Both the position numbers and the translations under genes were made by a program. 64,000 bases of DNA, taken from contig NC_087436.1 of the NCBI RefSeq assembly GCF_036321535.1, positions 91,328,001 to 91,392,000 of the forward strand. The letters run 5' to 3'. The notes under the pieces are model-generated. The model had not been told where the DNA came from, searched no databases, and worked only from the letters and a program-made list of their open reading frames with translations. The DNA is from Camelus dromedarius (lineage: Eukaryota). Shown here piece after piece: positions 56,830-64,000 of the stretch; within the stretch, counting starts at the first letter, position 1, and each line of letters starts with the position of its first letter.

Positions 56830-56920
56830 GGTGGCTGTGACTCAGTGGTAGAGCGCATGCTAAGCATACACAAGGTCCTGGGTTCAATCCCCAGTACCAC
56901 CACTAAAAGAAAAATTACAA
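56830..56920 (+). mobile_element. tRNA-derived SINE (camelid Vic-1 type), short tail
   Basis: ..gactcagtggtagagcgcatgctaagcatacacaaggtcctgggttcaatccccagtaccacca plus A-rich tail; 13-bp TSD at 56817-56829 / 56921-56933. Confidence 0.88.
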
Positions 56921-57904
56921 AAGAGCCAGTGGGAGAGAGCCACTGGGCAATAAGAAGTATGTATACATATGAACACATAACCTTCAGGTGCTCTGGCAAA
57001 TGTCTGTATATAACGCAGTGCAGGCACCACTGTGGTGGTGATCACTCTCAAAGACACTCAAGAGATGTGTCTTTATTGGAGCCTCCCAGGTGTTTTCTTA
57101 TGTGTTCTGAACCCATTAAGGAGCAGTAACGTTTACATTCCCAAGGCGAGTGTATATGTATATGTGTGCATGGACATGTACATTTCTCTTTCAGATAATG
57201 TATAGTTTTATATAGATTTTTTAAGTTTGAAGACAGACTACACATATTCACAGCTTTCAGGGATATAAATAAATTTTCTCTCTTATAACAGATAATGCCT
57301 AAACTTCTTATTTTTATGGTGAGATGCTTGTAGAATAACAATTTTCTACTGACTAGACAACTACTCTTTCCATATGTATAAAAGCTACATATTTTTGTGC
57401 AATCTAAAAGACATGATTTGAAGCTCTAATATTGATATAAGCCTAATTTATAATCCATTATCTCTATTCCACCAAAACAGCACATACTCATCAATCTTAG
57501 GGCTGAGTCTGTTGGAATTTGTAATAAAATCATTTATCTAGAAACAAATATTGGTGTATATTGTACTTCATGAAACAGCCGTCATTTAATGATAGCTGTC
57601 TGTTGTGTAGTATTTGTTATAAGAAAGGAAAAAAATTATATTTATAAAAGTTTTGAGTATATTAGGCTAAGCTTCGAGGTCAAAAGAAAACTTAAAATAA
57701 ATAACAAATTATCTGACTATGAAATTAAAATAATTGAGACATTATCTGTGCTAACAGCATCGACATCATTTCAGAAGTTGTCACTTAGGAATTGCCTAAA
57801 GGAAGAATTGGTTCAGAATAATTGTAGGTTTCAGGGGAGACAACTAAAGCATTTAGAATTTGTTGGAAACCAGCAAGAAAATCCTCATTCATTTTAAAGG
57901 AAAG

Positions 57905-58990
57905 GTATCCATTCATCTATTCATTCATTAATTCATTTACCCATTCTTTTATTTTTCAACACACATTTGAGTGCCTTCTTTATATCACATATTGGGGCTG
58001 AGGAATAATGGTTTTTAACTAAGGATAGTAGCACCCACTTAATGGGCATTTGGAAATTTGACTTAGGGTCTTACAAACGTCTGATTGGGACCATGAATGC
58101 AAAATATTTTATAATGTTAATAACATTTCACATCAAGAAGAATGATCTCCTCACTCAAAATGTTAATAGCACTTACATTGAAAAATAAACTGTACACAAT
58201 ACTTCAAGGGAGTCTGTGTGTGACTTCAAGGGACTCAGAGCTTAGGGGAAGAGATAGAGAAATAGACCAAAATCCAATATGGCAAGCCTCTTCTGGAGCC
58301 ATTCATAGGCTACTAATGGAGCACAGCCCAGCAGAGAAGCAAGAGGGGCTGGGAAGATTTCTTAGGGAGATAACCAAGAAAGACTGTAAGGATTTAGCCC
58401 AGAGATAAAGAAAGGTGACAAGAATTCTAAGCAGAACTGCAATGGCAAAGGCAAGGAGGCACTGATGTCGAATGATGAGTGTGTTCTGGAAAGTAGTGGT
58501 TGGTTTCGTAATCATGGTGGACCTCTCTGCACTGGCAGCTCCTGGTGGGACATTCCCTGCACACAAGGAGTACTGGGGGGTCTTGCCAGCCCCTGTGGGC
58601 CCCCTGAGGCTTCTGAGATATCACAGCTCCTCCCACCCATGCTTTTGGTTAGCTTGTCAATAAAGGCAGATCAGTTAAAAAAAAAAAAAACTTACAATAG
58701 GGTAAATGCAGAAACAGTGGGATGATGAGGCCTGAGGAGAAGAGTAAAGGTCATGAAGTGACTTGAGTGTCACAGAAAACCCTTTGAAATACTTTAAGCA
58801 GGAAAGTGGCATGGTCAGTTCTGAATTTTTCATAGGCAACATTGTAGGGACTAGCTTTTAAGGAGGCAACATTTTCAGATGTAGAGGCCAGTTAAAGAGG
58901 CTAAAGCAGTAATTCAGTGAGCAATGTGGAGGTCTTACTAAAAGGAGTTGCAGAGAGGAAGGAGTGAAGGGCATGGATTTGTGCATCACC
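57905..58990 (-). mobile_element. Degraded L2 with probable interposed elements
   Basis: (ttca)n-like L2 terminus then caacacacatttgagtgcc; later tttaagcaggaaagtggcatggtcag. Confidence 0.55.
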
Positions 58991-60333
58991 ATCGGTTTCC
59001 CCCCTCATGCCTAGTTATCAATAAACAACCAAATACACCAAAGCAAAGCTTTTTCAAGGACATTTGGGAAGACATATTTCAAGAACATAGATATCTTCTG
59101 TTTCTTTTTGTCTGCAATAATTTTAACACCCAATGAGTAAATTCATTCCAGAAAATCTGGCATAGAAATCTATTGATTTGGATGAAGACAGTATATCAGG
59201 TGTAGCTAGCAGAAATAGGAAAGTATTAAGTCAGTGGATTTAGGGGACCATGGATCACTATAACCTGATGAAAAACCACAGGAGGATACAAAGACGAAGA
59301 CTACAGAATGCTTGCATTTTGGTGATATGAGAGTGAGATGCACCAAGAACAAAGTGATAAATTGAGCAAATGAAAGACCTGATCTAACTGAGCCCAAGCT
59401 GCCCATTCCTGTACCTGCAGTGACCCTAATCACAGGTTAAGAATATTACGGTGAAAAAGAATATATAAATTAATGTAACTGAAAACACCAGAAAATCTAC
59501 ACTGAATTTTTTTGTGAAAAAGAATGAGCCCATCTGGGATGGTCTAGGACTGTGTCAGTGGAATGATATGAAACTTCTTGAGACATGCAGACCTACTGAA
59601 CTACCTATTGGGTGGATAACTATCAGAGTACATATATTAATAAATTATAATGTATACATTTCAATAAATTATAATTAATAATGCTTTAAGGATCCATGTT
59701 GTGATACTCAACTTATTCCATGTTGTTAGAGAATGATAAAAAAGCCTAAAGGATACGATTGTAGGCGAATTAACTGTTTAAATGAAATTATATTTGGAGG
59801 AGGCAAGAAATTAAATTAGATTTGCAAGCAAATGTGAATTACTAATATCAGAATCTTTCTTGAGGACATATTTTAATAATGAAAGTGAGAAATGACCAGG
59901 ATGGGCAAAAAAAAAAGAAACAAAGAAACTGATTTTGAATTCAATTTTTACCTGTCAAATAATTCTTAGATTACTACTGCTTGTGAGGGAAATCTGAAAT
60001 CATTAGATAAAACTTTGATAGTAAATCCTATCTCAGATGTGCTTATGATGTAAAATGTAGTAGTAACATAAAGTTGACAGTATATTTGGGTGTGGTTTCT
60101 CTTATTTTATAATTGCATGTAGAATCAGAGAGTTTTTAAGTAAAGAGATACAATAATATTTTATTTAAATATTTTAATATTTTTAAAACACAAAAAATTA
60201 TTGTTTAATCTGAGTCTTGGTAAATCATCGGTTATGTAATATAGCATATGTATTTCATGCATATTTCGTATTTACATGAAAAGATTTTCCACAAGAGTAT
60301 TTTCTGTGAGAATTCAGACAACAGCTCTAGCTT

Positions 60334-60468
60334 TTTTTTTTTAACAATATAACATTTTTTATTGATTTATAATCATTTTACAATGTTGTGTCAAATTCCA
60401 TTGTAGAACACCATTTTTCAGTTATACATGAACATATGTATATTCATTGTCACATTTTTTTCTCTGTG
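60334..60468 (-). mobile_element. Very short young L1 3' end with perfect TSD
   Basis: Poly(T), then attgatttataatcattttacaatgttgtgtcaaattcc; TSD agctctagctt at 60323-60333 / 60469-60479. Confidence 0.88.
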
Positions 60469-61408
60469 AGCTCTAGCTTATTTTTCTCCTTTCAGAATTG
60501 TCTTATATTTGAAACCACTGTAAATCTTAAATAGAAAAAAAATAAAAAAAAAACTAAGAAGTTGGTTCTTTTTATACATGTGTAATCAGTAGTCATTTCA
60601 ACATACAGACTAAAAAGAATGTCAGGGCTGCAGGTGAACCTTATAGTAAATATGTGTTTGGCTTATAAAATTTTAAAGAAAGTTTTTCCTTTTGTACCCT
60701 TTAAATAAAAAAAAAGTCTTTCAATATATTTCTTATTTTCCATAGTTTCTCAAAAATTATTAGAATAATTTTTGCAATCCCATCCACAGGTAGTCAGGAC
60801 TCTTATGATATGTTGAAGATTTTAGCTTTAACCTCTCTTCTGGGGATTTGGGCCTAAATGCTTACATTTATTTTAAATGCAAATGTCTGAGTACTCTTGC
60901 TATAATTTTTCTTATTGAGGCTTAATTTCCCTTTAATGATGTTTGCTTTAGCACTTCCCATTTGAAAATCGATCTCCTTGGTTAAGAATTCTGAGGTTGG
61001 CTGGACTTTCTTCTTTCTACTAACAGTGGTCACAGAGCTGTCCTTTTGCTTTCTTTCATTATCTTATTTTTTTGAAAAAATGTATCTTGAGTTTCCTTTT
61101 CATTATCATAAAATCATAGGTAGCCAAAAATATGAGTGCCAAGTTAAGGCTCTATGAGTCATTGGCACATTATTGGTTTTTATTTCTTAGATGTTAATTT
61201 ATAATCTTTTCTTTTTAGTGCTCTGTCTTTGCTCATAATTTCCTCAAGCATACGTTCCCTGTAAACCTGTGCTCTTCAGAAAAGTTCACTGAACAGCCAC
61301 ATTTATCTGCCAACCAATTCTTTTTTTATGCTGTATTGGGATCATTAGCATTTGTTGTCTAATCAGAGTTTTTAAATATCCTCTATCCCTTTTTAAAATT
61401 CTAGTTTA

Positions 61409-61941
61409 TGATATCGACCAATCCTGGCCTTGATATTCCTCTCAGCTTGAGTAAACTTTAGACAGATGTTTTCCTGAGTGGGCTTCTGACCTCCCTACTC
61501 ATAAAGCATTTACTTTAGAAACTTGTAATTGTAAATTCTTTCTCTACCTCTTTGAAGTATAAATCTTTAAAAAAAAAAAAAAAACCTCTTGCCAGGTTAC
61601 ATCCCAGGAATGTCTTTCTCAAGAACCAGAGAACTGTCTCTTCAGAGTGTAATCATCAAGGAAGAGATAGCCCTATTTCCCAGTTTTTGTGGGAAAATAG
61701 GAGACTAATTTAAGGGAGAGTCTTTCTCCAAGTTGTAAAATTACCTCCTATCAAGCTTACTTTTCCTTTGGGTAACAGCACTTAAACGCAGATCATCACC
61801 CCAGCTCTTAAACTCTCCACCTCTTTATATCAGAAAAGTTGAGTTCAGATTGAGTTCTGGCCTCTCTTCCCTATTGCAATAGCCTTGAATAAAATCTTCC
61901 TTTCTTGTTGAACTTTGTCCAGTGTGACTTTTTCTTTGAAA
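61409..61941 (+). mobile_element. MER34/MER39-family ERV1 solo LTR
   Basis: agcatttactttagaaacttgtaattgtaaattctttctct..cctcttgccag..cccaggaatgtctttctcaag; AATAAA at 61888-61893. Ends approximate. Confidence 0.75.
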
Positions 61942-64000
61942 ATATCTTACTGATTTTGAAAAAATTAATAAATTGTTTTCCTTAATTCTTAAAAGGATAG
62001 AATAAATCTCTGACTACTCTCTGAGTTTCTTGTTTTTCTATTATGAAATTAACAGTAATAGGGTTTTTTTCATGATCCCCCCTTTCTTTTTCCCCTCCTC
62101 CCTTCTTCCTTTCCTAACTTTATTCCTCCTTTCCTCTTTTGGCCAAAGAATACTTGGTCCTATAATATTCTGTATCCAATGCTGTGCTATTAAAGCAATC
62201 ATAAGCTAGGATGTAAAAGTCTTGTCTTTTATGAATCTGCTTTAGTCATTTGCCTTATTGGCTCATTTTGAGTGGAAAGGAGCAACTCCTACATCTCTTC
62301 ACTAGGAGGAAGGAGGCTTTTCCTGCCTCATCCTCATATTTTGCTAAGGAACGTCCATCCCACTTCCCAGAGGAGGCAGTATTAAAGAATTTGCAAACCC
62401 TTTCTGAATTCCCCTTTTATTCATCCCTACAGGAAGAGGAGTCTCACCAGGCTGGTGCTATGGGAGTAGTGCAGCCTCTGTCTAGAGTGTGAAGGATTCT
62501 TGAACTAGAAAAAAATATTAAATTATTATAGTTATACCTTTAATTTGTTTCCTACTTTTTCTCAAGTGTGGCAGTGAATTCACTTTGCTAAATTGACAAG
62601 CCTCCTTCTTGCCTTCAGTTTCCCAAAAGACACTGCTGTGGGAGGAAAACGAAGAGGAAGGAAGAATAGCACATTTATATTTATATTTTTCATTCAGTAC
62701 ATCCTCTCTGCTCAAATAGATCTTGCCTTCCTGGTGGGTGTTTGCACTGGTTCTTAAAGTTCAGCCTCCTGGGGCTGGCATTAACGACTCTCCCACAAGC
62801 CCTGTTTCCCTAAGGCAATGGCAGAGGACTTCAGTGAGACATTAGCATCTGAATAGGTCAGGAGTCCTGATATTTGTGCGCCATGGATTTGTAATATTTA
62901 TTCATTTAATTATAAATCAAAAGTGCTGGGCTCTTATCAGCACTTGGAGTTTACATGCCATCCAAAGTTTCCTGTCTGAAAACAGATACCATATTCAAGC
63001 AATAAAGATATATATATACACACACACATATATTTATATAATAAGCTTAAATGAAAGACATAAAATTGGCATAAGATATAACAAGCATAAAAGATATATC
63101 TATATCTATATGCATATAGATATATCCATAGCTATATCTTTTTATAGGAATGCAATGAAGAACTTATAACTTTGCTCTGTAGAGGTCAAATCCATGATTT
63201 TACAGAGTGCTTGCCCATATGTAACCTCCTTTTCTTGTCATATATTTATGCCAAAAAATCTATTGTCCTTGAATCTACACCCTATTATTCTATCTATATG
63301 CTTTTCACCAACCTATCTGCTCCTTTCACAAGCTGTCACAATGCAAGGTGATTGTCACTTGAAGTCCCTAGGTACTGAATTGAAACATGCAGGAGACAAC
63401 AAGGAGAGAGAGTCATTTCTCTCTGGATATCACTACTCTATTGTCATCACTCTCGATGGCTCTGAGGGCTGTTCCTTGTCACATAGGGTCGCATATGGAA
63501 TCTGCAATGAAGAAATAGAAATAAGAAACATGAATGACCTCTTTTGCCAAAAGAAGGGAAAATAAATTAAACAAGGGCTAAATGATATACCCCCACTGCA
63601 TTTATTCATGGTAAATGTTCATTGAAAACTTACTACATGCAAGGCACTCTAACGTGTGCAACTTGAGGAAAACTTGGTACCTGTGCATTAGGCAATTTGT
63701 GTAAGAAAAGGGAACGTATTTTAGATCCTACCCTCTTCCATGTATAACTTTGGGCATTATGCTAATCTCTAGGAGTCTCTGTCTCACGTTTATAGCATGA
63801 AAGTGTTGACATTTGGTCTGCTTACCACAGGATAATTGGGAGATTCAAACAAAACAATGTAAATGAGAATGCCAATAGAACCTGTAGTCCTTAATTGAAG
63901 GCAAGGATGCTTCATAAATGTTTCTGTGACCGAAGAAACTATATAAAGGAACATGAATTTAAGGAAGTCAGCTTAGTGAGATGGTTAGGACCAGAGATTC

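Noticed and set aside
56830..56902. Possible tRNA gene (also 46470-46545)
   Set aside because: Degenerate stems, A-rich tail and TSD indicate a tRNA-derived SINE.

Overview
AT-rich, CpG-depleted mammalian genomic DNA. Vic-1-type tRNA-derived SINEs suggest a camelid. The only supportable protein-coding sequence is the last exon of KCTD8, an auxiliary GABA-B receptor subunit: + strand, acceptor AG at 33292-33293, CDS 33294-33754, then a ~0.5-1 kb 3'UTR. Positions 1-33293 are inferred to be the end of its long intron and ~34.9-64 kb downstream intergenic DNA. Much of the rest is transposon debris: L1, L2, MIR, MaLR/ERVL/ERV1 solo LTRs, and MER5/MER45/MER58/Tigger-type DNA transposons. The other listed ORFs look spurious. 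I found no convincing novel multi-gene system. The best leads are (1) an ancient-looking ~265 bp imperfect palindrome in the intron, (2) a young antisense solo LTR with six CCAAT boxes ~3.4 kb past the 3'UTR, (3) five LTRs within 5 kb, including a doubly nested MLT1, (4) a CpG-retaining inverted repeat with a CTCF-like motif, and (5) candidate alternative polyadenylation in the 3'UTR. Repeat family names come from recalled consensus sequences and need RepeatMasker/Dfam confirmation.
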